Notes under the pieces: generated by a model
What the model was told of the DNA's origin: nothing
Database searches by the model: none
What the model saw: the letters and a program-made list of their open reading frames with translations, nothing else
Made by a program: the position numbers and the translations under genes
In this document: positions 45,886-57,074 of the stretch, in pieces
How positions within the stretch are numbered: position 1 is the first letter of the stretch
Layout: each line of letters opens with the position of its first letter
Source of the DNA: Saccharolobus solfataricus P2
GTDB taxonomy: Archaea > Thermoproteota > Thermoprotei_A > Sulfolobales > Sulfolobaceae
Reading direction: 5' to 3' (one strand)
DNA: 64,000 bases
Assembly (NCBI RefSeq): GCF_000007005.1
Contig: NC_002754.1

Positions 45886-47474
45886 AGTTTGTGGAGATTA
45901 GGGATCTCCAAGTAACCTATATGGGAAAAGATAAGCCCAGCATAGTGGTAGATAAGCTTGATATAGAAGAAGGAGAATCCGTTTTAATAACTGGTAGGTC
46001 GGGAAGTGGTAAGTCGACGCTAGTAAGTGTAATTAATGGCGTAATTCCACACTTAATTAACGCTGAAATAAAAGGAGAAGTTAGAGTTTTTGGATTTGAC
46101 GTTAAGAGTACGCCAATACATGAAATATCTAAATATGTGGGTACACTATTACAAGATCCGGATACTCAAGCTTTTAATTATACTATAATAGATGAGGTGG
46201 CTTTCGGCGTCGAGAACTATATGATAAGTAGGGATGAGATGATAGAGAGAGTTGAAGAGTCAATGAAGATATATGGCATTTCACACTTAAGGGATAGGGA
46301 GATTAATACTTTATCTGGAGGGGAACTTCAAAGAACTATCTTAGCGTCAGTTTTAGCCATGAGACCTAAGGCGTTAATTTTAGATGAGCCAACTTCCAAT
46401 ATAGACCCTCAAGGTACTAGGGAAATTTTAGAACTAGTAAAGACCTTTAGATCTGAGGGAATTAGCCTAGTTTTAGTTGAGCATAAAATAGAGAGAGTAT
46501 TACCCTTTGTTGATAGAATAATTGTAGTAGAAGAAGGAAAAATTGCTGTAGATGTCAGAAAAGATGAGATTGTGGATAAGGCCGATTTTCTCTACTCTTT
46601 GGGTCTTGAAATACCAGATTATATGCTATTTTTAAAGAAAAACGGTTTTAGGAAAATAGATTACGAGTATTTAAGGAAAACTTATACTTATAGACCACCT
46701 TCTAGAATTGGGGGAAAAGGAGAAGCGCTATACGCGAGCGTAAAGGTTAAGACGAAAAATGGAATTTATCTGATTAATACTAAAATATCATTAAAACAAG
46801 GTACTATAACAGCGTTAATGGGTAAGAATGGCTCTGGAAAAACTACTTTATTGAAGGTAATTGTTGGTTTAATAGACAAGAAGAGGCTGATCGTAGAGGA
46901 GGAGAAGGTCATAGTCAACGGTGTAGATTTAAGTAAGACTAAGCTGGTGGAAAGGGGAAAATTCATAGCGTATTTACCTCAGTTCTTTGACGTTATGTTT
47001 ATAAAGAGAACTGTTGAGGATGAGATTAAGTTCTCAATGAAGAATAGAGGTACATACGACGAGAAGAGGTTAGGAGAGGTTTTGAAGATGTTCTCTCTAG
47101 ATGCCTATAGGAAGGAAGATCCTTTAGTTCTCTCCATGGGGCAAAGGAGAAGAGTTGCAATGGCCTCAGTACTAGCAGGTGGGGCTAAGGTTATACTAAT
47201 GGATGAGCCGACAAGTGGACAAGATTGGTATCATAGGCAAATCTTGGGAAAAGAACTCTTAGAATTGAGAGATAAGGGATATACTATACTGGTTGTGACT
47301 CATGATTCCAGATTTGTTGATAGATTTGCTGATTATCTGTTAGTAATGAATGAGGGAAAAATCGTATTGGAAGGGAAGCCAGAAGAGGTTTTCATTAAAT
47401 CACTAAGACATGGCATAGAACCTCCATTAGAATATGAGTTGGGAGGATTGATAAAAAATGAACACTTTAGTTGA
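45882..47474 (+). CDS. ECF transporter duplicated ATPase (A-A')
   Basis: Two ABC cassettes: GRSGSGKST/LSGGE/LILDEP and GKNGSGKTT/LSMGQ/ILMDEP. Confidence 0.93.
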   Translation: MKFVEIRDLQVTYMGKDKPSIVVDKLDIEEGESVLITGRSGSGKSTLVSVINGVIPHLINAEIKGEVRVFGFDVKSTPIHEISKYVGTLLQDPDTQAFNYTIIDEVAFGVENYMISRDEMIERVEESMKIYGISHLRDREINTLSGGELQRTILASVLAMRPKALILDEPTSNIDPQGTREILELVKTFRSEGISLVLVEHKIERVLPFVDRIIVVEEGKIAVDVRKDEIVDKADFLYSLGLEIPDYMLFLKKNGFRKIDYEYLRKTYTYRPPSRIGGKGEALYASVKVKTKNGIYLINTKISLKQGTITALMGKNGSGKTTLLKVIVGLIDKKRLIVEEEKVIVNGVDLSKTKLVERGKFIAYLPQFFDVMFIKRTVEDEIKFSMKNRGTYDEKRLGEVLKMFSLDAYRKEDPLVLSMGQRRRVAMASVLAGGAKVILMDEPTSGQDWYHRQILGKELLELRDKGYTILVVTHDSRFVDRFADYLLVMNEGKIVLEGKPEEVFIKSLRHGIEPPLEYELGGLIKNEHFS

Positions 47475-48423
47475 TCAAATAATAAGTTGGATAATTGTTC
47501 TCTACGGATCCGCAGTGCCAGCTTTATTCGTAATTTTCTTGATAGGAATAACAGGTTTAAGGGAAATAACGCGTTATGAGACTGGAAATACGTTTCTATA
47601 TAAGTTAAACCCCGTTACGAAGGTAGTACTCACAATAGTAGTTATGACTGTAGCTGCTACTACGATATGGTGGATAGGCGCCATATTAACCCTAGTTCTC
47701 TTATTATCATATCTTACGCTAAACGATGGAGTAAGGAAATTCGGATATGCGTTTTTCTTAGCGCTTTCAACAATATTGGGTGGAACGTGGAGCATTGCTC
47801 CTTACACTCCACCTAGTACACTACAGTTAGCCTTCCCTAGTGTGAAACAGTTTACGGTAATTTGGACATTCCCATCTTATTTCCAAGTAATGGGGTATGA
47901 GCAACAATTAACGTTAGAAGCTCTAATTTACGGCCTTCAGACTACCTTTAGAGTAGCTCCAGTATTATTGTCAGCCTTACTGTTCATTACTACAACAACT
48001 GGATCCGATATCTTCAGGATGTTCACTAAAATAAAGATACCTATAGCAATTACGTTTTCAGTGTTAGTTGGCATAAGGATGATACCTAGGATATTTGAGC
48101 TGTTAGACACTTCAGTGAAGATGCAGTATATAAGAGGTTTAGGGTATAGTAGACCGAAAATAGTTTCTTCACTGTTAATAGTTTACGCGATTTTTGAAGC
48201 AATAATACCAACTATGGTGTATTTGTTTAGGGGAGCTAAGAACTTGGCAATTTCAGCTGATACTAGGGGATTTAGAGCTTATCCAAGTAGGACTAGTCTA
48301 GTAGAACTTAAGTTTACAAGAGTTGACTACTACGGTACTGCAATAATTGCGGCATTAATAATTATAGCAATTGTAGCTAATTTACTTGGATTTGGGAGAA
48401 CGATACCATACGTTGGACTTTAA
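47458..48423 (+). CDS. ECF transporter transmembrane T component (EcfT/CbiQ)
   Basis: LYKLNPVTK, RMIP, ADTRGF motifs. Confidence 0.9.
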   Translation: MNTLVDQIISWIIVLYGSAVPALFVIFLIGITGLREITRYETGNTFLYKLNPVTKVVLTIVVMTVAATTIWWIGAILTLVLLLSYLTLNDGVRKFGYAFFLALSTILGGTWSIAPYTPPSTLQLAFPSVKQFTVIWTFPSYFQVMGYEQQLTLEALIYGLQTTFRVAPVLLSALLFITTTTGSDIFRMFTKIKIPIAITFSVLVGIRMIPRIFELLDTSVKMQYIRGLGYSRPKIVSSLLIVYAIFEAIIPTMVYLFRGAKNLAISADTRGFRAYPSRTSLVELKFTRVDYYGTAIIAALIIIAIVANLLGFGRTIPYVGL

Positions 48424-48927
48424 TTTTTTATAATTTTATAATAATTTATCACTTTTAGATTAAGATATTAATTTTAAAGCTTCTTTTATCTGGTAATTAA
48501 ATAACAAAAGGAATCTGGTTAAGGCGAGAATACCAAGGAGGTATCAAGGAAAGTTGAAATATATTGAAGAGGAAACAAAAGAATTATTAAAGAGAATACT
48601 GACATTGTAGTTATTGAGATAGTAACTATGGCTATTGCTATAACCACTGGAATTAGGAGTTTCCTTTTTATATCATGAAGATGTTTGACAATATTTAAGA
48701 GTCTTTTCGAAGGATGCTGGTCGTAATTTAAGCTAACCTCCCTTTGTTCTTAGGCTTTCTACGTTATTCCTTACAAACTCCTATCTTTCTAAATCCTAAA
48801 CATGCTTCACTTCCTCTACATTCCTAGCTTAATTTGATCATCGTCAATGGATGGCATTTGTTAATAGTTGTAATTTCCATTAATAATCATGTATTAATAC
48901 GGGAGTGTATAGATGAGTTAATGAGAT

Positions 48928-49458
48928 TTAAATGTTCAAGTAGCTTAATATCTCCTTTACCTGAGCAAATGAAGCTTGATACCCATCTAAGGTTATTTCT
49001 ACTAAAGTTGAGCCCTTATAAGCAACTATAATTGTTTTAGGATACGTAAAAGAAGTAGCTGAATAAGTAATGTAATATCCGTTATATTTATAATAATTGG
49101 TATTATTACCGAAGATTTCACTCCAACTACTATTTGAAGAGAATTTTACGATAACTATAGTCATTTCCACTTTAGTATTATTTACGTCTCCCACAAGTAC
49201 TTCTTCTTCAATTGATTCGACTTCTAGTGAATGTTGTGTAGTAAGATTTGTACTATTAGCATAATATATTGTTATCGTACCAATAGACTTTAAATTAGTA
49301 TTGTTTTGCAGAACCTCCCAATTTCCCCCAAAGATAGCTTCAGCCTCTTGAGGAGAGAACAAAAGGTCTTTTGAGGGATATACCATTATTAAAGCAAAAG
49401 ATATTATAACTATTAATACTATAAAAATCAAGATTTTCTTATCCATGTGGATATGCAC
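48928..49458 (-). CDS. Hypothetical protein with an N-terminal membrane anchor
   Basis: KKILIFIVLIVIISFALIMV followed by an Asn/Thr-rich extracellular-type region. Confidence 0.6.
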   Translation of the reverse strand: MHIHMDKKILIFIVLIVIISFALIMVYPSKDLLFSPQEAEAIFGGNWEVLQNNTNLKSIGTITIYYANSTNLTTQHSLEVESIEEEVLVGDVNNTKVEMTIVIVKFSSNSSWSEIFGNNTNYYKYNGYYITYSATSFTYPKTIIVAYKGSTLVEITLDGYQASFAQVKEILSYLNI

Positions 49459-49492
49459 AGCCTTACAGTTATTTAAATTTTCATCTCTTAAC

Positions 49493-50550
49493 TGCTTTGT
49501 GGATTGCTTCAGAATTGTACAAAAAGTTTATAAATTATTCGTTTAAGTATTACCTATGGGAAAGAGTAAGTACAAGAGGGACTGGAGCAAGTACGACGAG
49601 AACGTCATTACTAGATATAAGTTGATGTTCCCCTTCTACGTATTCGAACATTGGTGGGACTTATTAGCAGAGGAGAACAGGAACGCTAGGACAAAGTATA
49701 AAGCTCCGAAGGAGTTCGACGAATTCCTAGCCTTCCTCCACATCTTCCTACCTTACAGAGCAATAGAAGGAGTATTAAGAGCCTTAGAACAATTGAAGAT
49801 CATCCCCACAAGCCTCGATTACTCAACAATATGGAAGAGAGTGAGGAACATGAAAATAACCTTCCCCGAGGCAAGTGACGAACTTGAAGTAATTGCAGAC
49901 GCTACAGGCATTAGCACAAACACGGGAGGACAATACATTGTTGCCAAGTGGGGTAAGACTAGGGATTCAAAATTCCTCAAGATCGAGATAGTAATGGACA
50001 ATAACGAATTCAACGTGATAAACGCTGAGGTCACTAGCAACGAGGTTGAAAGCGCTGTAAAAACAGTTAAGGATCTTCAAGATAAGGGAAAGAAGGTCAA
50101 GAAGTTTTATGGAGATAAGACATATGACGCCAATGAGGTTTACAAGACCGGAGTTGAGGTTGTAGTTCCTCCCAAGAAGAACGCTTCTACTAAAAGGGGC
50201 CATCTTGCTAGACGTAAGGCTGTGCGGGAGTTTAGGAAGTTGGGTTATGATCGTTGGAGGGAGGAGAAGGGTTATGGCGTTAGGTGGAGGGTCGAGTCCT
50301 TGTTCTCTGCGGTGAAGCGTACTTTTGGGGAATCGGTTAGGGCAACAAGTTTTGCTGGACAAGTAGTTGAGGCTAAGCTCAAGTTCTGGGCTTACGCGTG
50401 GATGGTTCACTTGGCGAATTCTGTAGTCGGTAGGGCTCCGGGCATTAGGGTGTAAGCTTGAGAGGAACGTTGAAATAAATATTAATTACTGAAAAATTAG
50501 TGTTATACAATATCGTTTTAATGAGACAAATTGAACAAATCAACAAAGTA
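49493..50550 (+). mobile_element. ISC1058 (IS5 family), apparently intact; transposase at 49556-50455
   Basis: Exactly 1058 bp between 9-bp target duplications TCTCTTAAC (49484-49492, 50551-50559); imperfect TIRs TGCTTTGTGGATT and TACTTTGTTGATT; DDE motifs ADATG, YGDKTYD, RWRVES. Confidence 0.93.
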
Positions 50551-51708
50551 TCTCTTAACCATAATATTATCATTCCAAAACATCTTGAAGAAAGCTACTG
50601 CAGTAATGGCAACTGGTATTATTAGGGCTGAAATGGAGAGTGATAATCCAACTATCTCTGATACAAATCCAATTGTAGCTGGTACTACTAAGAACAATAA
50701 ATTGTTATAAGCTAAGAAATAGGAATTTACTGCATTCCTCTCAGCTATACTTGTAGCCCTACTTATCATTATGGTAGCCATAGGAAATATTGAACCGTGA
50801 GGTATTCCCAGTAGTGCTATAACTGCTAAGAAAATAGAGTAATTTGGGGCGTATAGGATTCCAAATAACCCCAAAATTGTTATAATGATAGAAATTAACA
50901 TTGGCATTCTGAGGTTTTCGAAAGGTCTTATGGTCATCGTAAGTCTAGTTAAGAAAGACATTATATAGAATGGCAAAAAGACAAAGTAGGCATCGAAATT
51001 AGGTAAGTTGAATCTATCCTTTGCCAATATTGCCAAGAATGTGGTAAATGCTGCGAATGGCACATTATACGTGGTAATTGATAGTGCAGCAGCTGTTAGA
51101 CCCTTATTTTTAATCACTGAAATCCCACTACTTTCTCTCTTAACATCTGGGAATCTAATACTCGATGAAATTATAATGCCTATAACTGCTATTGGAATAA
51201 ACCATAAGAATACATCCCTATAGTCGTATTTAGTTAGTAAATAGACTTCAATTGCAGGACCTAGAATCAAACTGGTACTAAGGCTAGTTGAGTACAGGGA
51301 TAGTAGCCTCTCAACTGATTTCTTATCATTTGCCAAACTCGCTGCTGTTATTAGGTTAGGCATTACTAAACCGAATGCGATTCCGGCTAAGATTGAGATT
51401 ATCCATATTGATATTGCGTTAGACAGATAATAGAGTGGTAACGAAAATAAAATTATAACATTGGAAATTACAAATACTCTCCTTCTTACCCTCGAATTAA
51501 GTTCAGGATTAATAAATGTTGTGGCGATAAAATTGAAGGTAAATAGTAATGCCGATAAAAGTCCAACCAGAGAGTTAGATAGTTGAAGACTATACTTTGC
51601 TAATAATGGAACCGTTGTAGTAACCATGTTATTTGTAGCTCTGGCTGAGATTGTCATTAGTACAAGAATTATGGCCGAGTAAATCAATGAATGTTTTGAG
51701 CTGTGCAT
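50518..51708 (-). CDS. MFS transporter (C-terminus extended into ISC1058)
   Basis: 12-TM MFS pattern; the last 10 residues and the stop come from the IS terminus. Confidence 0.88.
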   Translation of the reverse strand: MHSSKHSLIYSAIILVLMTISARATNNMVTTTVPLLAKYSLQLSNSLVGLLSALLFTFNFIATTFINPELNSRVRRRVFVISNVIILFSLPLYYLSNAISIWIISILAGIAFGLVMPNLITAASLANDKKSVERLLSLYSTSLSTSLILGPAIEVYLLTKYDYRDVFLWFIPIAVIGIIISSSIRFPDVKRESSGISVIKNKGLTAAALSITTYNVPFAAFTTFLAILAKDRFNLPNFDAYFVFLPFYIMSFLTRLTMTIRPFENLRMPMLISIIITILGLFGILYAPNYSIFLAVIALLGIPHGSIFPMATIMISRATSIAERNAVNSYFLAYNNLLFLVVPATIGFVSEIVGLSLSISALIIPVAITAVAFFKMFWNDNIMVKRYFVDLFNLSH

Positions 51709-51826
51709 TGCAGATACATAGTTGACAAGTTAAATTTAAACTTACTTACAAAAGTAGTAAACGTGTTAATTTTTTATGATTCGAATAAGCATAGCTTTAT
51801 TAGACCATCAAGAGCAGTTACCCAAT

Positions 51827-52858
51827 ATGTTTGAAAATTTAAGTGAAGATCTAAGAAAGGCTTTGAATGAAGCCGGTTACATTAAACCTACCAGAGTCCA
51901 AGAAGTTGTTATTCCAGAATTGATGAACGGTAAAAGTGTAATAGTTCAAGCTAAGACCGGATCTGGTAAGACTGCAGCGTATGTTATTCCAATTTTAGAA
52001 AGAAATAGTACCGCTTTAATTTTATCGCCTACTAGAGAATTAGCAACGCAAATTCTAGATGAGATAAAGAAACTAGGAAAATATAAACAAATTGACGTTA
52101 GCTTGATAATAGGTGGGATGAGTTACGACGATCAAAGACAATCCAAAATAGTCGTTGGTACCCCAGGAAGACTTTTGGATCTGTGGAGTAAGGGCAAGAT
52201 TGACTTCTCTGGTTACGATTTCGTTATAGTTGACGAAGCGGATAGAATGCTGGATATGGGTTTTATAGATGACATTAGAATGATATTGAATCATTGTAAT
52301 GCTAAAATTGCAGGGTTCTTCTCAGCTACAATACCAGATGAAATTATGACCCTTGCCAAAGAGTTCTCCAAGGATCTTAGAGAGATCGTATTGGATGAAT
52401 ATAAACCGGTAGAGGAGGTTAAACAGAAATTCGTGAAGGTTAGGAATGATTGGAATGATAAAGTATCGAAATTACTGGAGGAAATAAACGGTGAGAAAAT
52501 TCTGGTATTCGCTAGGACTAGGGATAGGGCTAGGAAACTATACTATCTGTTAAAAGGGAAGGGAGTAAATGTGGGACTTTTAAGTGGAGATATGCCTCAG
52601 AGCGTTAGATTAAAGAACTTTTACGGGTTCAAAAAGGGAAAGTACAATGTTCTAGTTGCAACTGATTTGGCTTCTAGAGGAATTGATATAATAGATGTTA
52701 ACAAGGTAATAAATTTCGATATTCCCAGAGACGTGGAGACTTACATACATAGAGTAGGAAGGACTGGTAGAATGGGAAGAGTGGGTCAAGCAATAACGTT
52801 CTATACGTTCAGAGAAGCTGACATGATTAAAAGAATCAATAACTTACTTGCAATTTAG
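51827..52858 (+). CDS. DEAD-box RNA helicase (minimal core)
   Basis: Q motif [45 protein letters not shown] 51827 preferred. Confidence 0.93.
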   Translation: MFENLSEDLRKALNEAGYIKPTRVQEVVIPELMNGKSVIVQAKTGSGKTAAYVIPILERNSTALILSPTRELATQILDEIKKLGKYKQIDVSLIIGGMSYDDQRQSKIVVGTPGRLLDLWSKGKIDFSGYDFVIVDEADRMLDMGFIDDIRMILNHCNAKIAGFFSATIPDEIMTLAKEFSKDLREIVLDEYKPVEEVKQKFVKVRNDWNDKVSKLLEEINGEKILVFARTRDRARKLYYLLKGKGVNVGLLSGDMPQSVRLKNFYGFKKGKYNVLVATDLASRGIDIIDVNKVINFDIPRDVETYIHRVGRTGRMGRVGQAITFYTFREADMIKRINNLLAI

Positions 52859-54560
52859 GAAAACGTTTTTATTTTTGAACATTCATTTCCCTTACGTGCT
52901 AAGGAATACATTACTAATCCTCCTTTTGCTCTTACCAACACCATTACTGGCCATTTCATTACCAACTGGAGTAGTAGCTTATGACGGTCCTATATTCACA
53001 AATCAAGTATTAGGTTACGTGAATATAACATCACTTCAGGCTTATAATGCATCTGGTTCAAAATTTGGAGTTCCACCTTATGGTGCTTCGCTGCAATTAA
53101 ACGTCATGCTACAAGTGAATACTAGCAATGAGGAGTACTATTTTTGGCTACAAAATGTAGCAGATTTCATTACAAATGAGAGCAAGATGTTCTTTAGTGA
53201 AAATATTTGGAACTCAACTACTCCATTAGCTGGAATAAATAACGTAATTGGCAAGGGTGAAATATACTCCACCTCAGACCTTTTCTCTCATTCTTCATAC
53301 TACGCTTACGGCACTTATTATATTAAATACGATTTCCCATTTTCGTTTTACCTTATAGTAAATGAAAGCCATAATAATCAAGGAGTATATGTTAGTTTCG
53401 GTTACGTTATTCTTCAGAACGGAAATATAACTCCACCCAATCCAACGTTTTACGATACAGTTTTCATCCCAGTTAATAATTTGACCTCTGCCTCAATTAT
53501 AATAGCTAATCAGACTACTCCTAATTTAAACTTAGGTATTATAACATATTTGGGAAGCTACTTAGATGCTGAATTGGTATGGGGAGGATTTGGAAATGGT
53601 GCATCTACAACGTTCTTAAACATGTCCTCTTATCTAGCATTACTGTACATGAAAAACGGTAAATGGGTCCCATTTTCACAAGTATATAATTACGGGAGTG
53701 ACACAGCAGAGTCCACTAATAATTTACGTGTTACCATAGCAAAAAATGGAGATGCATACGTTACAATAGGAAAGCAGAATCCAGGATTGTTAACTACTAA
53801 CTTTAACCCTTCAATCCCTGGTTTCTTATACTTGAATATTAGTAGTAAAATACCGTTTCTAGTTAATAACATCATTTCACGTACTTTCTCTGGTTACGTT
53901 TCAGCCCCAATTAAATTAGGCTTCTTTATGAATTATTCCATTAACTCATCCTCCTTTGCAGTCCTCAATGGAAACTATCCTAGCTTAATAGAACCTAACG
54001 TCAGTTGGTTCAAGATTTTGAACATTATCCCTAACTACACATATTACTACTTGGTGAGAGTAAACTCATCTATTCCAGTTATTGGCACGATAAATGGTAA
54101 ACAAATTACCTTAAATGATACAAATTGGTTTGCCCAAGGTACTCAAATCAAAATAGTTAATTACACGTATTATAATGGTAGCGATGAGAGGTATGTTATT
54201 TCATCAATTTTACCATCGCTATCGTTTAACATTAGCTCGCCTTTAAACGTTACCATAAACACTATAAAACAATATCGAGTTATAATAAACTCCGATTTGC
54301 CAACATACTTAAATGATAAAAGGGTAAATGGAAGCATATGGATTAACACTGGTACAATTGTTAAATTAAGTGCAAGTATCCCCTTTTATGAAGTGGGAAG
54401 GTTTATCGGGACTTATAACTTAACACTAGGAGGGACCATAGTAGTGAATAAACCGATAGTTGAAAAATTGCAATTATCTATTAATAATTTACTATTAGAA
54501 ATAACGGCTATAATAATAGTAATAGTTATTATCATGTTAATACTGAGAAAGAGAAGATAA
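52848..54560 (+). CDS. Thermopsin-family (peptidase A5) surface protease
   Basis: [38 protein letters not shown]; signal peptide and C-terminal TM anchor with RKRR. Confidence 0.9.
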   Translation: MQFRKTFLFLNIHFPYVLRNTLLILLLLLPTPLLAISLPTGVVAYDGPIFTNQVLGYVNITSLQAYNASGSKFGVPPYGASLQLNVMLQVNTSNEEYYFWLQNVADFITNESKMFFSENIWNSTTPLAGINNVIGKGEIYSTSDLFSHSSYYAYGTYYIKYDFPFSFYLIVNESHNNQGVYVSFGYVILQNGNITPPNPTFYDTVFIPVNNLTSASIIIANQTTPNLNLGIITYLGSYLDAELVWGGFGNGASTTFLNMSSYLALLYMKNGKWVPFSQVYNYGSDTAESTNNLRVTIAKNGDAYVTIGKQNPGLLTTNFNPSIPGFLYLNISSKIPFLVNNIISRTFSGYVSAPIKLGFFMNYSINSSSFAVLNGNYPSLIEPNVSWFKILNIIPNYTYYYLVRVNSSIPVIGTINGKQITLNDTNWFAQGTQIKIVNYTYYNGSDERYVISSILPSLSFNISSPLNVTINTIKQYRVIINSDLPTYLNDKRVNGSIWINTGTIVKLSASIPFYEVGRFIGTYNLTLGGTIVVNKPIVEKLQLSINNLLLEITAIIIVIVIIMLILRKRR

Positions 54561-54562
54561 AA

Positions 54563-55435
54563 TTATAGCGTGACTTTTTTAAACCTAAGTCTTACGTGAA
54601 TATAAGCCAAAAATAACCCAACAAGCATTGAGACTATTATAAGAACTAATGTATTGAAATTGATTATGGGTTTCATGGGCGAATACAGATTTATACCTTG
54701 AAATAGAATGAGTGATAGGCCTAAAGCCATTACGCCAAGTATTACATATTTCAATTTACTATTTAAATTTTGAAACTGCAATCTTCTTCTCCATAATTCT
54801 CCTGTGAAGTAAAATAGCACTATTCCGATTACAATAAAGGTAAATTTTACAAACACAGTGTATAGAAATATTTTCCACCATTCAGCAAGATGATTTAACT
54901 CATATAATTGGATGAACACGAAAGAAGAATAGAATATCATCCAATCAACTAGTCTACTGTTTTTAAAGGGACCATAAATTCTGATCCAAGGCATCTTAAC
55001 TACTTCTTTCAACCCAGGATCTGCCGTCTTATTTATTATTCTCATTGGATCTTCAAGATACCACATTATCCCCCTGCTTTTCCTTATATTACCGTCGTAG
55101 TCCAGTTCATAATTTTTAACCAATCTACCTAAAGGGAAAAACAATTCTACACCCCTATCCGTAGGTGATGTAAGTAGATCCAAAGCCATATGAAGAAATA
55201 TTCCCAATCCTAAGTAAAAGTTTAAATAGACCATTGCAAGAGCGAAAAAGATGTTATGGAAGAGAGCTCTGTGTAGTTGATATTTTGCAAATATTTTCCT
55301 CTTAGTTAATACATATTCCCTATCCAGGTCAGGTATTGCCGCTCCAATCCCTACTAACACAGCTAAGGTTATGTCATTGTGGAAGAAAATTAGCCCAAAT
55401 GCCAAGGCTAATATTATGTGAGTGTGTAAATTCAT
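54563..55435 (-). CDS. Membrane-bound metal-dependent hydrolase (YdjM/DUF457-like)
   Basis: HTH, IPDLD, HRALFHNIF, LHMALDLLT, GVELFFP. Confidence 0.8.
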   Translation of the reverse strand: MNLHTHIILALAFGLIFFHNDITLAVLVGIGAAIPDLDREYVLTKRKIFAKYQLHRALFHNIFFALAMVYLNFYLGLGIFLHMALDLLTSPTDRGVELFFPLGRLVKNYELDYDGNIRKSRGIMWYLEDPMRIINKTADPGLKEVVKMPWIRIYGPFKNSRLVDWMIFYSSFVFIQLYELNHLAEWWKIFLYTVFVKFTFIVIGIVLFYFTGELWRRRLQFQNLNSKLKYVILGVMALGLSLILFQGINLYSPMKPIINFNTLVLIIVSMLVGLFLAYIHVRLRFKKVTL

Positions 55436-55781
55436 ATAAAATTATTACCTTTTCTCATTCTAATAAATTTTATGACAGCATGAAATTAATAAAAAGCTTG
55501 GTTCTAACCTTCAGATAATTAAGTTAAAATATTCACTTAGTTAATAATAAATGTTAAGATTGTTTAAGATGAGGAAAAATACCTAAAATAGTAAACTATT
55601 TATAAAATTTAGTAGAAAATCATCTCTTCTATAAAATAACGAGATTTTTAGATCCTATAATTTATCTATAATTTACTTAAAAATTTTTCAGTTATATTGT
55701 AAAAGTCTCTTCATTATGATAGAATACTGTTTAACTTTTAATGAGTAAAAAATTGAAGGAAGAAACAAACGATTGTAAAAT

Positions 55782-57065
55782 ATGAAGGAAGAAACAAAAG
55801 TTTCAATCGCAGCAATGATAGGTATAGCATTCGAATTCTATGATTTTTTGATATTCGGATTCGTAGCTGGCATCTTGGCTAACTTATTCTTCCCATCTGG
55901 AAATAAAATAGTGTCGCTTCTTGACACGTTTGCAGTATTTGCTACAGGCTTTGCTGGTAGACCGCTGGGAGCAATAGTGTTTGGTCATCTAGGTGATAAG
56001 ATAGGAAGGAAATATACATTAATAATTACTATGACATTAATGGGGCTATCGTCATTATTTACGGGTTTATTACCAGGTTACGCTATATTAGGTGTTTTAG
56101 CACCCACGTTGCTGACGATTTTGAGATTACTTCAAGGATTTTCACTAGGAGGCGAATTTGGAGGAGGAATTACTCTCTCAGCGGAATTTGCAGAACCTGG
56201 GAAAAGAGCTTTTTATACCGGAATTGCTCAAATGGCCCAAGGTATAGGCCCGCTAATGGCTACTGGATTAATATTCGTCTTTAGTAGTATTATGTTACCT
56301 AGTGCTTTCGCATCTATTGGTTGGAGAATACTTTTCATAATTGGCGCATTTATCGCAGTAATAGGAGTCATGATAAGACTAAAAATTTCTGAATCACCAG
56401 TATTCAAAAAAGTTAAGGAGAAGAATGAGATTTCTCATTTTCCACTAGTTGATGCTTTCAGAATTTATTGGAAAAGGATACTATTGGGTTTAGGATTCAT
56501 AATAGGTGGTACTACAATGACATATGCTACTAGTGTTTTCGCATCATCATATTTAGAAAATGTGATAGGAGTACCTGCACGACTCGTTTCATTAGCCTTG
56601 ACTATAGGATACATCGTTGAGGCAATATCTATACTCTTGTTCGCAATGTTGGCTGATAAAGTAGGGAGAAAGCCATTAATGGTTGCAACTGCAGTAGGTT
56701 TATTAATCCTCGTATACCCGTATTTCTTATTAATCTCTACTGGCCAATTCTCACTAATATTGTTAGCTCAAATAATGTACTCCGTTATAGGTTCAATGTC
56801 AACTGGTGCATATGCAACTGCCTTAACTGAGTTATTCCCAACCAAAGTAAGATATACAGCCTTATCCTTCGACTACCATGTGGGAGTTGCGGTATTTGGA
56901 GGAACCACGCCATTCATTGCAAGCTATCTGATTTACGCTACTGGTTATAAATTAGCACCTGTTTATTGGGGAATAGCTGGAATGATCTTAACATTAATAG
57001 CTTATTTATTGTATAAAGAAACTAAAGGAACAGTATTTGAGGGACAAGAAGTATTGAAAAGATAA
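55782..57065 (+). CDS. MFS metabolite:H+ symporter (MHS family)
   Basis: FEFYDF, RPLGAIVFGHLGDKIGRK, RLLQGFSLGGEFGG, SESP, ELFPTKVR. Confidence 0.92.
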   Translation: MKEETKVSIAAMIGIAFEFYDFLIFGFVAGILANLFFPSGNKIVSLLDTFAVFATGFAGRPLGAIVFGHLGDKIGRKYTLIITMTLMGLSSLFTGLLPGYAILGVLAPTLLTILRLLQGFSLGGEFGGGITLSAEFAEPGKRAFYTGIAQMAQGIGPLMATGLIFVFSSIMLPSAFASIGWRILFIIGAFIAVIGVMIRLKISESPVFKKVKEKNEISHFPLVDAFRIYWKRILLGLGFIIGGTTMTYATSVFASSYLENVIGVPARLVSLALTIGYIVEAISILLFAMLADKVGRKPLMVATAVGLLILVYPYFLLISTGQFSLILLAQIMYSVIGSMSTGAYATALTELFPTKVRYTALSFDYHVGVAVFGGTTPFIASYLIYATGYKLAPVYWGIAGMILTLIAYLLYKETKGTVFEGQEVLKR

Positions 57066-57074
57066 GGGATAATC

